Origin: Daphnia carinata
Lineage: Eukaryota
Assembly: GCF_022539665.2 (NCBI RefSeq)
Contig: NC_081333.1
Span: forward strand, 12,462,001-12,526,000
Reading direction: 5' to 3'
DNA: 64,000 bases
Below are positions 46,701-64,000 of this stretch, in pieces. The number at the start of each line of letters is the position of its first letter. Positions within the stretch are counted from its first letter, which is position 1. The position numbers and the translations under genes were made by a program. The notes under the pieces were generated by a model, which was not told the DNA's origin, ran no database searches, and was given only the letters and a program-made list of their open reading frames with translations.

Positions 46701-49700
46701 CGCGTACAAACAAAAAGCTTTTGACACAAGTGATTTCCAAATGCCACATAGACAAAAAAAAAAAAAAAGAGATGATTTCTATTATGCCATCGTGATTTAT
46801 TGGAACCGAGAGTGACCCTTGATCATTTAGCCGGAGAAAAACGGTGAAAGGGTTAGAAAAGAAACGATTTATCTGACTTACCGAGACATCGGTAGGGTTT
46901 CACCGACTGCGTGGTCTTGCATTTACGGTGGCCGACTTTGCACCAGTTGTCAATCTTGACTGAACGCGGGGCTTCGACGATGTTGGTGATGTTTCGACCA
47001 CGGTATGCCTATCGAGAGAAGAAAAGTGCATCTATTATACATGAAACGCAACTTTGTTAGCTACTTTAGAGAATCGAATTCGTGGCAGTTAAGGATTAAC
47101 TGCGGAAAATGTGACATGAAAGGTTTTCTTTTTTGGACACATTCGCTATTCAGATAGACAAAGAGGGCGGACAATCTTTTTATTTGATTTTCCTAGAAAA
47201 GTCGGAAGAAAAAAAAAGGATTCAACAAAAATGGCTCTTTGCAACTAAATACAAGAGATGGGAGCCACGCGGACGGAAAGAGGAGATTATAATTGATCCA
47301 GCTCATGCCTTTCCTTATTACAAAAAGCCTCTTTTTTTTTTTCGACCGCTCCCTTTTCTAGGAGCGAATCGATCGGGACCTCAGAAAAGCCTAAAAGAAT
47401 TACTTTTACTGCCTGTCAGTTGCCCTCGCTGCAGTAGCCCACAGGCTGCCTTCTTTCTCAGGCTGTTTCCGCCACTTCGAGCTCCATTTGGAGAACAAAA
47501 AAAAAATGCATATATATAAATAAAACTTAAAAGAAAAGGACAATGCCATTGCGCGGGCTATACATGTCATTATTTTCTGGTCATTCGACGCTGACGCCAT
47601 CGTGAAACAGCGGCCGGCGTCAGCGTTAACTATAGATCTATTCTTCCAGGAGTGACGATTGCTGGATGGATTATTCACAAGCACAGTCGCTGACTCACTA
47701 GCTCTAATGCGCCTTCTTTGCTACGAGTTTCGTTCGCGATGCTCGAAGAACGATCGTATAAGTAAATCAATGTTTCAAAATTTCGAGGACTTCCGTCTCC
47801 CACACACACCCAAAATCCGCCCTTTTCAACAAGTTTCGACCGGTGATGTTTTATAATTTAGCGAACCGAGTTCTTCAAAAACTTGAGCATCTGTAACTAG
47901 AGCGGTTCCACCCCTCGTCGTTAGGTTGCTAGGCGACGCCGTCGTGCAGTCCGCCTCAACACACGGGCAACTGTCGTCTAGTCTAAGCTCCTTAACCATG
48001 TCAGTTTTAGCTCTTCTAACTGCTCCTATTATATTTGGTAAGATACGATGTGGAAAGAAAAGAGAGTCAAGAATCACTCGTTCGTTCCTCTTTGCCAACG
48101 TTTAGCCATCTTTGCCTCCCCACTCCTTCCCCGATATTGGCCGTTGCGGGGTGAACCCCCTTGGCTTGTGGAACTCATTGATCGAGGCAAACCGAGCGTA
48201 TGACTCATCGACCGGCGTATATTTATATTCCGGGACGGGCGATAGCGTGCAAACAAGGCACACACACTCGTCGACTTGTACCAACGAAGGCACTTTGGCT
48301 TGGCCGCTTCAATACAAAAGAAAGACGTAGAACGAAAAAAACACTTGAAAACGACAATAAAAATAAAATACGTACGCGCAAACAAAAAGGAAAAACCATT
48401 AATGGCTGGTACCTTTTGACCTTACTGTTTGGACTTATTTCCCTTAAAATGTAAAGTCCGGATAAGGGATATCGATAATTATCGGATGGATAAACTCTTT
48501 CTTTGTTTTGCATTACAAGTCGATTCGTGAAATGAACGTAAAAGGATGATCGTGCATAATAAGAGAAATGTAGCGGCAGCCTCGAGTGCGCTCGAATAAA
48601 AAGAGGAGGGAAAATTGTTGTCGTTAAGGCAAGAATTCGCAAGTAGATGTCGTTGAGATTGAAGCCTACCTTTTGACCAAAAAAAAAAAAGGATTTGCTT
48701 CGTGATCCCGTTCAACTTTTCCATCTGTCCGGAGCAGTGCATCTTAAGCAGACAAGTTGAAGAACAGATTGAGCATACGCACGTAACGACGGGCTAAGTG
48801 AATGACTACTGAACTGCAGGAAACAACGGAGCCATGAAGAAGGGGGGGAAACAAAAAAATGAACAAGTGGAAGCGCAGCAGAGCAAAGACAGTTGGAGTT
48901 GACATCCGACTTGGTCGAATGTCCCCGAAGGAGTCGGACAAAAGAAGGTCACTAAATTGAAAACGGGATTTATATATTTCCCCGAAAGAAAATGGAGAGA
49001 TCAAGAAGCTGAAATCGATCCGACCTGGGTTCTTAACGGAGAGAAAGCTAAAACGGATCAATCGTTTCCCTTCCAATTTTTTCTCCCATTTCGCATTGAC
49101 GTCTTTCGTCTCTTCTTCCATTTTAACCAATCGATTGGCTCTACTCCAATTGCCCAGGGGAAGTATTTTTTTAGGGAAAAGCTAAAAAGAAGTGGAGGGA
49201 ACGTCAACTCAATCGACCACGACAATCGATACAAATGAGGACAACAACAACACGACTGAAAGCAAATCATTTGATTAGTTTGTCAAACTAACGTTGGCAT
49301 TATAGGTCACGTGTTTGCTTTACCTTTCGGCAGAAGTCGAGGATTTCAATCTTGTCTTTCAGACACGAGTTCTTATTGTCCAAATCAGAGACCCACTTCC
49401 CGGTCGAATCCATGTACTGCGGATGAAGCGGGTTGCGAACGTCGCACACGACTGCCACTTGGGGCTCCACCTTGATGGGGGCCACATCCGATCCGAATGA
49501 TCCGGCGACAGCCTGTGTGCACGTCAATAGAAAATGAAGAAAACAAATTACGTCAACAACATCAATAACACTGGCAATGAAGGGAACATCAGAAAAAAGT
49601 CAATTGCAGGGCCACCTATAAGCAGACTTAGCGGAGTAGGAGGAAATTGCTAGAAGAAAAAAAAAAGGGGGGAGGACGAGAAAGCACGATATTATTGATT

Positions 49701-51872
49701 GGTTCTTCGACTCCGTAAAAAGTTTTTTTTTCCCCTTTTCTAGAACATCCACAAAGAGCTCAATCAGTTTTGTTTGTGCCTTTCCCCACTGTCTCTTTTA
49801 AAAGGGAACCTTTACTTAGTTCTTCGTGTAACTCTTTTCGCTACTTGTGTGTGTGCACGTCATCTTTCGGTGCTGCAAGCCTGCCAAACTTGTTTACTTG
49901 GTGTTTTCCTGGGAAGCTATCGTGACGCTTAATAACGATCGACGTAAGAAAAAAACGGACGGACAAAAAGCTTTGCCAAATTGGACGACCTCATTTCTTC
50001 CTGGAAAACAAAGGCACGAAAATTCATTTGAAACACGGCCCAGCTAAAAAGTATGTTTCAACATAGAGGAAATAAGTGTCGAATTGCACCAAAAAAAAAA
50101 GCCTCTCGGCTGTCGGCCCCTAAAGCATTTCGGATGCCGTACGGAAATGCGACACCTACTCCCCCCTTTTTTTTCTTTCTTCACCACACAAGGGGTATGT
50201 GCGTGTCATGTAGAAAAGAAACAATCAAATGTATGTGCCCATGTCTAGCGGAAATGACTAAAAGCGAGGGTTGGCTCCCGACCGACTCTCCTACACTCCG
50301 AATGTACGCCATCAATCGATCGACCTGGAACTTTTTTTTTTCTGTGTGTCCATGTATACTGGAAGGGCTGATTAATATTAGATTGAACTGGAAAGCGGGA
50401 GGGCCTGATTAAGCACGGTAACGAGTGCACCCACATACGTGAAGAATACACCTCCAGGTATCCAAAAAGAACCTTTATCTTTGATCCCCCTGTAATGAAA
50501 TTACTTTTACAAAATGAAGGAGAAGAACAGTTATAAAAAAGTCCATAGGAAAACGGAAGAAAAGCTTGCCTTTTTGCGGAAGTCTCTTAACCTTTTTTTT
50601 TTACAGCTGTTCAATTAAGAATAATAGCAGCTGGTGAATAGAAAAGGGGACCCCATTTTTTTCTTTTCCAGCTGCTTTTTTTTTGGTATGTGTATGGTCC
50701 TTTTCTTAAGAAAAATGGGTTTCAAAATGTAATTCTTTTTAACCTTCTTGTAAACTATTTTTTTGCTGATGTTCGACAGTTCTTTTGTCACCGAATTGAA
50801 ATTGAACGACTCAAACGACTGCTGAATGTCTTTTTGCCTTGGTGAACTGATGAGGTCGATCGATTCTTTTTTGCAACGGACCTCGTCCCCCTTGCGTTTA
50901 TCTAATGTCTAAATTCTTCAAGTTTAACCGTGAACTTTCGGCTGTCTCCTTTTCTTGTGTACATTTGACAATTTGGGAATTTTAGCATAGCTCGAAGCTA
51001 TGCAACAACAGTGGAATCTCTCTTTTCCTGTTGACTGACGACTTCGTGTTGACGACAGGGCGTGCTAAGGTCGCGTCGCTGTTGGATTAAGGGAAAACAC
51101 AAAGCATACACAGTGACAAGGTGAGAAATATGAGATGTTCTGCCAGCCAAGCTGCCTAATCAAAACTCGAGCCTGATCCCCACCTTCTGTCAGATGAAAG
51201 GAAAGAGGGGGAAAAGAAGAAAAGAAACCCAGAGGGGAGGAAAACTGCCTACATACAAAGATACACACATGGTGTGGTTTAATCAAACTGATCCATGCAG
51301 AGTCATGCACCTCTCTCCACTCCCTTCTGTGTGCAACGGGACCTGCTGATGTTTACTGAGACAATGAGGTGTAACCAATCTCATGAAAAGCTTCAGAATG
51401 GAATGCGCTATCAGCTTTTATGTGACATGAGAGATCTTGACAAAAGTCATGATGGAAGTTCAACCAACAGCATCAGTTTGGGACCTCTAGCTAGTGGAAA
51501 ATGTCACCTGAAAAAGAATAGGAAAAGCTTCGAACTAAAAATAAGAAATCAGACAAGAGGAATGAAAGTTGTCTAGTCGAGTTGCCTGGCTAAGTAACGA
51601 ATACGCAGGAAAAAGCTTTATGGGATTTCGATAGAGAAAAAGGGGAACCAGGGCGAATGGCGGATAGAGCAAGTCACACACAGGGCGCGCACACACACAC
51701 ACACCAACACAATCGATTGTTTCTTTCGCATTTATTTCCTGGGAAAGGAAGAAAAGATCATGGAAATCCATTTCAAGTTGAAAGGAATTTATACCTCGAC
51801 GTAGGCTAAAATGTCGTTAACACTGATGGCCGATAAGATGATGGCGATGAAAAACACTCTGTAGTTCCACAT
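43797..51872 (-). CDS. Appl: Amyloid-beta precursor protein-like (APP/Appl)
   Basis: Exons 51872-51795 (signal peptide [18 protein letters not shown]), 49512-49324, 47008-46882, 46597-45939, 45873-45776, 45709-45362, 44799-44639, 44567-44194, 44115-43969, 43907-43797. E1 ([25 protein letters not shown]), poly-Asp and poly-Thr linker, E2, TM, GFIEVD..TPEERH and [11 protein letters not shown]. Confidence 0.96.
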
Positions 51873-54800
51873 TTTTGCTGTTTTTTTGCGTCGACGACGG
51901 GCGGGGGAACAGAGAACACACCCACACTACGATCGGACTGACTTTCTCGCTGCAGCTGCCTCTTTCTGTCTGTCTGACGTGTGGACGATGCCAGCTTCGA
52001 TTTCAATAGCCGCCGTTAAGGGGGCAGCACCGTTGACCTACATAACTGCGCTTGCGCGCGCCACCTTTAAAAATAATTTAACAAAAGGAAGAAATCATAC
52101 ATAATACTACGTAAGGTGCTGTTGTGTATTCCGTCTGGGATTCTAATAAGGTAAATTGAATAGAAAAAGAAAAAAGGAAAATTAATAATAACTGGCACTT
52201 GTCTGACATTTTTTTCATTTTTCCCGATTCCATTCAAGATTGAAAACTGGATGAAAAGCTGGGATTTAATAATATGCAGTCGGGAACCAATTTACTGTTC
52301 CGCCAAATGAGTTTTCACGTTCCACGTCCGGCCCCGACTTGTTTCCCCCTTTAGCTATTTCAAATAGGGCAAAAGGAAAACGAGGTAATTTACTAGATGT
52401 GTCAATGCCGTATGTTTTGAAGGTTGCCACAAACTCTTGAAAAAAAAAAAAAAAAAAGTAATGAAAAAGCTGCATTTTGAGCAAAGACACATCTCCTAAA
52501 GCTCATTTGTCGTGACATGCCAACGCAGTTCACGTATTAAAAATAATAATAATAAAACGCCATGGAAAAGTAATGGCAACCCAGTTGGCGCCATTATCGA
52601 TCCACAACTTTTGACAGTCGACACACCAATTCTTGATACACACGTTTATATATTCGTAAACACAAGACCCATTTGTTTATCTCATCTGTCTCTTATGTCT
52701 ATTACGTATCACTACCAGGAAAGAAGCTACTAGGGGAAAAGAGACGATAAGGTGGTTGTAGCAACTGTATCACCCGTAGTGGATGTGTGTGGTGATCCGG
52801 CTGAAGGGTGGAGTCCCTATCGATTTTTTCCCAGCACACATCGTCATGGCGGTTGCACACATGGACTCATCGAATGGCCTTGTATAAAAGACGTCTTCTC
52901 CTCCCCCCTTTTTTCGCGTGTATCTCGATCGCCCCCATCAATAATTCAAGTGCATTCACAGCTGTTGGCATATGGTGAAACCTAAACGACTTACGTGTAT
53001 ACTACACAGCTTTTGCCGATAGGGGATTTTTCTTTTGCCTCTACATACGTGAAATGTATAGAGCTTCACATATCCATGTATCCGCCACGTTGTGCAATAC
53101 ACACACAAAAATTGTATAGCAAAGAAAAGGTCATGTTGTATGTGGATGGTTGTCACCACGGGAGAACTCCTTTTGTGTTTCCCTTTTTGACTGACGCCAG
53201 TGATTATGCACGTCGCCTAGGCAACCGAGGACGCGCTATCAAGTCAATAACACATTGGGGCGACGTCTGCTGTTGGCGACAGCAGTTTGTATAGAACCAG
53301 ACGTCTTATAAATTAGATATGGTTTTTTTTTTCGTGAAGAAGTGTTTGTTTAACTCCCACTGGTTTACACGACTGCACGTTAAATATGCATAAGACGTCG
53401 GTATTTTTTTTTTTTTGCAAACGATGGAAAATCTGTGTTCTTTTACAGACGAGTCACAAGTTTTCGCTGAACGTACATTGTTGTCCGATGATAGCCACTT
53501 TTTGTTGTACTCTTTGAACTAAAAAATTGCCAACTGTTTGTCAGCCAGTGCACGTATAAAACAGTGCATAGGGGATGAGTTTCGATTGAGGCTGATGTGT
53601 ACAGAGAACGGCCATTATCGCTACATAGGATCCGTTAGCTATTATAGAGAGGCAAAGTCCCTCACGATTCATGGACGGCTGGATTCGATAAGGATACGGT
53701 AGCACTTATTGCAACATGACCATTTGCTACCATACATTACGACCACGGAAAAGAGACATCTGAAATTGACTATTATACAGCATATTCCGGCAACGTTCTT
53801 CTTTTATTCTTGTTTCAATTGTAATCCATTATTAAATAATCGAGTTATTTTTACGACTTTTGAAATTGAATTAGGAAGACACCAGCAGGCTATTACAAAG
53901 GACTCGTAGTCGGTTCTTTGACCTCACGGACGTTATTTCCAACAGCGATCCACATGCGAAAACTGATAAACTCATGATCCATGTGTTATACGCTCTATCT
54001 ACATGTGGATAATAATGAGGGAAGATAGCCAAGTGCGAGAGGATATCCGAAATTTTGCCACAACGATCTTGTTGCGGATTACACGGGATTACATGCCCAC
54101 AATGACAGGACGAACCCTCTGCGGTTAGGATTCTGTGTGTTGCGCAAAGCACTCGATTTTAATTACAGAAAACAGGGGACGATTACAAGTACCAGTCATC
54201 TCATTTCGTGTATTTTATTTCATTTGATTTTCAAATTCTATATATATATATGCACTAGCATTTCAGAGTTCATTTGCTACACACTTAGTCATCTACTGCG
54301 ATGTGCGCATTTTATTTGCACAAACTGCTCTCGTGAGCCTGTCGACTGGACTTTACCATATTGTACTTTACGCAGGAAGCTTGTTTCAATATACAAGCAC
54401 TCTGCACTGCTCGATGGGCCAAGGCATACATAATATATTTCTCGCTGAAAGTTCCAGTAAACGAGAGCCACCAAGTTGGAAAACACGCCACCCCTGTATG
54501 TATCCGCCGTGCGGATGCTGCTGTCTTCCTATCTATTCCCACCTAATCGATATATCCTAAGGGTCCTCTTTGCTGGCCTTGGTCTTATTCGCTCGTGTCT
54601 GTCGCCCGCGATTCCTCCTTTTCTTATCTTTATTCCATCTCCCCCTTTCACAGCCTCCATTCGCTGTGACGCATCCGCCCTGGCCTCTCACAGTATCCAG
54701 TCAAGCAGAGCTTAAGCGAAGCGCGAAAAACTACAGACGAGGTATATTGCTATATATACTATAATATGCGCTATGTATTTCAGAATATAAAAGAGGGAGC

Positions 54801-56657
54801 ATAATAAAATGGCCAAAAGTATGGCATCTGCACTTGGGCTTCTTTTGATGTATAAAGCGATCCAGCAGGCCGCTGTGTGTCGCAATTAAATTGCGCTGGC
54901 GACAATTAAAAAGCATACATTAACATGCCTTTATATAAGTACCTTATAAGAGCTCTCTCGGTCCGTCAATTGAATTAAACAAAACTTTTGTGCATTGAAG
55001 GAGCGAATAAATTTATATATTTTTTTTAAGGACGGATGTGACGCTGCGTATTCAACTCATGCGCGTGTATTTGAATAAGCTTTTAGGTGTGTCGGATAGG
55101 GCCATTACTAGTGGCCGCCGCTGAAAGGGTATAGCGGCAAATCGATGGAATCCTTTCAGGACTGCCATCAGCAGATCGGATGGAATAAATCAAAGAAGGA
55201 CTTTGATGTTGATTATATTTAAAGCTTCCTCCTACGTGTAGTACTGAAGGATTAGAAAATAAGAGGATTTCTATTTTTTAATGGAAAAGCTCACGATGTA
55301 CCTGCGCTAGAAAAGAATAGATAATGACGTTCAATCCGAACGATGACCTGAGCGTTGAAAAAAAAAAAAACGTCAATGACGCACACAAGCCAATCGAGTC
55401 TTATTATTTTTTTTTCTCTGTTCAGCACATATCCGCTGCGCAGTTTCCGGATATGTGCGGCCGGATGTTATTTGCGCAGAGCTACGAAAAAAAAAAATAA
55501 TGATTCATCTGTGTTAGCATGTAGAACTACTGCATTTAAGAATCAAATAAGAATTTCTTTTGAATAACCTAAACATATAAGTTTTTTTTTTGTATAGGGC
55601 AAGTCTTGTCGTCGTGCAACCAAACGAGGCTCTACACACAGTTGCATTTAAATGTAGCTCTAAATGTTGAAGAGATCTGTAAGATGAAGAGAAGAGTGAA
55701 ATAAATAAAACATCTAAAGCGAGACATTAGGATTCCGATCATGCGCACGATCTGTATCGTGTACCAGGTGGGATGTTTGGATAATGAGGAAGTTAAATGC
55801 CGGTTTAATATTGATGTGTATAGCGAACGAAACAAAAGAGCGATCGTATAGACAGCAAACACACGATTCTTATAGACATAACGAAAATGAGGGGAATATA
55901 AGAAAAAAAGGGCCGCCAGGGTTTTAGAGAAACACATACAATGATCATCACACGCAACGTCAAAGCCAATCACGAGCAGCACGCACATCAACCAGCAGCT
56001 CCGATACTGCAGCCGTCAATTTCCATATCAATTTTTCCCCATCTACTTGTTTTTTCTCTCCACTTCCCTATTCTATTCAATCAGAAAAAAAGAAAATGAA
56101 AAATAAATAATGGATACCCATCCAGAAAGGGTCAGGTGTCTTTTTCTTAAGGGAACAGCTGGGGGAAAAGAAAAAGGCATCTTTAAATAACACATGACTT
56201 CCCATATTGCCTTTAACGTTAGATAAGAAAAACTTAAACGTATATAAGAATGCATTCAGTCGATTATCGTGTGATAAGTCTGGTCGATAGACTTTGTTCA
56301 TCTTATATTTGTGGACAATAATGGCGTTGCTGTGGATGGCAATGTTCCGGCAGCCAATGAACGCCTCGGTCCTTTCGTTTTTATTGGGACCGTTAGCTGA
56401 TGATGATGTGCCACCGCATAACTGGTGCTAGACGCAAACGGCGTACGAATCGTACAATTAGTCGTAGTACTTTTGTGATAATGATGCTGCTCGGCTTTAT
56501 TCTTCGTCTTGCCATGATTATGATGTCCAGCAAGGATGACACTACCGCTCGTGTTGCTGCTACTCTCCGTCGGATGCGCTGCTGTCCGTCTGCTGCTGCC
56601 GTGTGTTGGCTGCTGCGCCGCAACTGGATGATGTTGCCGCACCCCTTGACCGGCTCC

Positions 56658-59565
<2,908 letters not shown>

Positions 59566-59892
59566 TCAATTGTTCAGCTCGTTGATCCCGCGATATCTAA
59601 GCCAACACAGCCACACTAACTCACGGCCAACCAAAGTATGAACCACCAAATTGTTTTCAGGATCAACTTTGATGGAACATGGCCATCCGCACGGGCGTTA
59701 CGTCCATCCTTTTTCGTTTTTAGACTTCAGGAACTCTTGGCTGTCTGATGAAAATGTTCTACCTAGCGAGCGATGCGTGTAAACTGCCGTGTTGTTTAAC
59801 TGTTCGTGTGAGTGTAACGTTACTTTCCATCTTTTGCTAGTCCCCGTTCTGCTCAGACTTTTTTCTTTCTCTGTGTTTCTGTTTGATTTCTC

Positions 59893-59906
59893 GTTGCCAA
59901 GGTGAC
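59893..59906. promoter_or_regulatory. RFX X-box-like motif upstream of the CDKL1 coding region
   Basis: GTTGCCAAGGTGAC, a 14-bp imperfect palindrome about 400 bp upstream of the ATG. Confidence 0.55.
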
Positions 59907-62900
59907 GTGACTTTTACCCGAGCACCGTGGCAATACATTCAACTATCCATAGTAGAGCTGGGCTTCTTTGTGCGTGCCACTACTGCCCTGCCCTGTGGAC
60001 GTTCTTTATCGAACCGAAACAAAAAAACTCTCTGGAAATGAGAGGGGGAGAAAAAAAAGTTGGATTGAAAAAAAAAGGGTAGAGTTATAGAAGAATCGTG
60101 ATAAAATGGCATGGGAAAATATGTTTCGGGCTTAGAATCAATTGAAAATCTTCTTCTATCTTTTTTTGAAGGGGTTTGTTTGTCGTCAGGCAGTGGTGGT
60201 AACAAACCACCCCGATGCAAAAGACACAATAGGTCAGTGTTCTCTATGATAGGACAGCGGTAGGTACACAACGACACGATGACACGAAAGATCCCGGCCC
60301 GAAAAACTCTTGGCCTTTTCTTTACGAAGCCATTAGATAAATTTCCCCGGCTTTTTTTATAGACAAATCATTGATTTAAATGGAGCAAATTGATTGTTAT
60401 TAGAATGAAAAGTACCGTGAATTGCTGACGACGAACGTGCGATTGTTACCGGCCATCCAAAATCGAGATTCAGCCAACCATCGTTCCATGACTCAGGCAA
60501 TTCGAACAACGTCACAAATTGATTTTCAACGCTTGCAATTTCTCTCGTTGAAAAAAACCTGCACGGAATTGCCAATTGTAATAAATTCTTTAAATAAAAA
60601 TCACGAATGTTTTTTTTTACCAAGTTTGAAACAGTCGGTTAGCATCGATGTGCTCGCCACAACGACTCAGTACCTTGTAATCTCCACCTGGGCTCTATCC
60701 ACGTGAGTTTATATTGGACTACAATGTTTTCCCTTTTGTGTTACCCACCCTCATATAACGAAAGAGAGGGTGCTGATGATGTAGTGCGGGTAGCATGATT
60801 ATCAGGAAAGACACACGGGTTCAATTAAACAATGCGACATCCCCCCCCTTGCTCTCCTCCTATACATCGTTCGTGCGTTCTTATTTTTGTACTTGTTTCT
60901 TTTTTAACTATAGAAAAGGGGGAATAGGGGTATATAAGAACATCACGAAGCGGACACAATGATACATCGAATGAATGTAGGGAGACTCATTTTTTTTCCC
61001 CTACCCCTGATGGATTTGCTTGTAAGGGACTCGCATCCGTCAGCGGGACACATGTGGTGCATGTTTTTTTTGAACAACGCCCCACAATAGTTTTGAAAAA
61101 AAAAAGGCAAGTGTTTTGCTCTGTAAGTCAATTGTGTTTGTTTTTATTCTTGAATAAATTCATTGTTGGCCACCAAACTCTCGAAATGCATTTATGGAAC
61201 GAGGGAGGTTGTGTAGAGGCGGGGTCCGGAAGGAAATATGTGAGAAGAGCAATCAAAAGCGCTGACGAAGGATGTCGTCTGCGGTTCTTGAACAACAGCG
61301 AACGTCACGCAATTAGAATAATCATCTAGGGGTATGCTATATATAGTACCACGCGCATTCGTTAATTTAAATTGGCTCCTGGGCGTATTGTATATGGATA
61401 GTGGTTGTAAAATAATAATCGAATAATGTAGACAAGTACGTCTATCGCACGCCTTCTTCGTTTTATGTGAAGCTTTGTTTTAAACCTCGAGCCATTATTC
61501 ATTTTATTATTAAAGCCGAGATAAACGTGAAAAATGAATCAGATCTAGAACTTCTCTGTGGTCTCTTCAAACGTTGTGAAAAATAAAGATTTCAAAGAAT
61601 AAAAAAAAAAAAAAAATTCGTGATGATTTGAGAAGGAACGATCTGTGCGGGTTGAAGGCCAAAATATCGGAGGGGACGTGCCCGCAATTCTCCCCAACGC
61701 CCCAATCATATTTCCTCCTCTGTTTTTATTTGTCGCAGCGGCGTTATTGTCGGCAATAAATCTTACATTTACTCTTTGTTCTCTATGTGTCTGTGTGATA
61801 TAGAGGTCGACAGTTACAATTATAGACTTTTCTCTTTTAATTTGGCACGTCACAATAAAAATGAGAAATACATTTTGTTTTTATTGTTTTGGCTGATGTA
61901 TTTTCCGCTTAACGTGTAGCAACAAAATCCTGAAACAATTAAAGTCTACCAGTAAATCACATGACGGACCAAAATAAACGAAAAAAAAAATGTGTGTGTT
62001 GTTTTTTTTTATTATGTTGCAATATGATGAGATGTGGTATTGTATAGCTAATGTATAACCGTCCAAGTCCGTTTCTATATTTATACATGTTCAAATAACA
62101 TCGAATGACCAAACATCACGACATGTGCTGTCGCAGAACTGCAATGCACGCGCAGGTGTATTACACGCGGCTATAGATATTATTACCATATAAGCTATAA
62201 GAAATGACGTCACACCATCACATGTCAATGTTTGAAACCGGATATATACGCAATAGATATTCCAAGAGCGTAACATAATGAAATAAAAGCGGAAAATGGG
62301 CAAATTTTTCGCATCGTTTCCCGGAGGCAATTAATTTCATTTCTAGAAATAATTAAATATCGAAGGTATAAAGTCACGATCCTTGTGTGTTGCGTCTAGA
62401 CACGTATAATCTTCACACACACAAAAAAAATGAAATGGGGGCAGTGAGTATTCCGTCATGCAACTGTCAAGAAGTCGAAGCATTTTCGGGTACGTCTCGT
62501 GAGTCACGAAGAAATGCCTCCTATTGTTCATACTGGAACTATATATCTAATGAGAAACTCCATGCTATTATACAACTCATCGTTCTAGACGATTCTGTGC
62601 ACACGCCTTGCCCTTTCGTGTTTGATATATCTTTTTCTTTCCACTCTTACACGGGAATAAAAGAACATGTTAGAAAAAAAAGGGGAAGTAAGTTATTAAG
62701 ATATCAAATCTTCCGCCCTGTGAAACTTTATTTCCATATAATAGTCCTATAGCATATTTAAGCACGAAGAATAATGAAGTTTTATAGCGTTTAAACGGGT
62801 ACTGCCTGATTCATTTTCCCAAAGTCGAGTTCCGCACAGGAAGTTGTGAGCGGATTCTGCTGTATTCCCTTTGTTCATTCATTACGCATCCAGCTCACGA

Positions 62901-64000
62901 GCTTTAGCGTGAAACATTTTCAAATCAGACTGACGTTCCACGCACGATCTTTCTCTCCCCCGCCTTTTATCTTTTGTGTGTGTCCATCCTTTGTAACATT
63001 TTGATGTAGACGCCAGGAGTGCCACATAGCATCACAGACTTGCGTGTTGGAGAATCCCACTCACTGCCTACAGACATGCATTTCGTTTCTATATCCTTCC
63101 GTTTCCAATTGAATTGTTTCCTCTTCTTACTACTCTGTCTTGTTTCGTGATTCTTTTTTTTTTTTTTGTGTTTCACGTTCTCCATGCACTCGGTTTGTAC
63201 TTTTTGATTCCTCCGTCCCTTTTCCATCATCGTTTCCGAACTTGTTCTCCTTCCGGCTTTTCCTCTGTATGTATGTATGAACAAAAGAATATGAAAACCG
63301 ATGACAAAGGCTGTGTCTCTCTCTGTTGTGCATTTACCCCGGGATATTTGGACACACATCTTCTGACGGCATGGGTTTATATTCGATGGCGTTTGACCTT
63401 TTCTTTTTGTTTGCCAAATAGAGATCTACGTCTATTCTTTTTTTGTGCCTTTAATACATCTGAATTTTGATACTAAAATTAGAGTACCATGAACGGAAGA
63501 TGTTGCACCCCTCAGGCAACGATTGAAATAATATGCAAAACAGTTAAAAGAATTTTTCCAGACGGTAGATGTGCACAACATTTCCGATCGGCAGAAAGAG
63601 GAAATCCAATGGGATCCGCTCCATCTGCTATCATCACTATCATTTTCTCGACTAACGCTAAAGTTTTCGAAAATATAGTCGTCGGACGCGAACATTTCGC
63701 CAAGTCTAACCAATCATTCCGGTTGTCGGCCGCATTCCCATGAGAATGCCCTGCGTCGTTTTCGAATACGAAATGAAAGCGACATCGAGTGAGATCTAAT
63801 ACCAGCTATACAGTAATACCTAAGGCGATTTGGATGTGACGAATCATCCCAGGCGTAACGTGGAACATTTCCCAGTCTGCTATTCAGCAAAGATTTCCAT
63901 ATTCAGTTTTCCGCTAATCGTTCAACACATAATTTTTTTTTTTAGAGCCCCGCCTGATTTTTAAACTTTTGTGTTAGTTGAGACGAGCCGCTTTTTATCC

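Noticed and set aside
47826..48330. Small ORFs inside APP intron 2 as a nested gene
   Set aside because: No recognisable domain or consistent exon structure.
55425..55458. 11-bp hairpin GCACATATCCG/CGGATATGTGC (and an 8-bp hairpin at 59077-59098)
   Set aside because: Isolated and too short for a miRNA precursor, with no other support.
63432..63713. Candidate upstream coding exon of CDKL1
   Set aside because: The donor at about 63487 does not join the acceptor at about 59525 in the kinase frame from any long open frame. It may still be a UTR exon.

Overview
Eukaryotic, AT-rich arthropod DNA with many 55-90 bp GT-AG introns and long poly-T/A runs, most consistent with a Daphnia-like cladoceran (inference). 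There are six recognisable intron-containing genes: CEP164-like (+), par-1/MARK kinase (+), EFCAB2/DRC8-like (-), a UDP-glucuronosyltransferase (+), APP/Appl (-) and CDKL1-like kinase (-). Two accessory blocks interrupt them. The first (1-9.8 kb) is a mosaic of decayed gene fragments (an acetyl-CoA hydrolase/CoA-transferase pseudogene fused to a duplicated CEP164 3' end, and an RTRAF 3' fragment) that ends in an intact, intronless ORF with two tandem HEPN-like domains, each with an RNxxxH motif. The second (36.7-42.6 kb) holds transposon termini, a palindromic MITE and two tRNA-like Pol III cassettes. A DIRS/Ngaro-like retroelement relic lies at about 16-17 kb. Highlights: the tandem-HEPN candidate RNase, a 119-codon in-frame extension after the CDKL1 UGA and a UGA-CUA stop in par-1 (readthrough candidates), and X-box motifs at ciliary genes. 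All family assignments come from motif recognition by eye; no searches were run.
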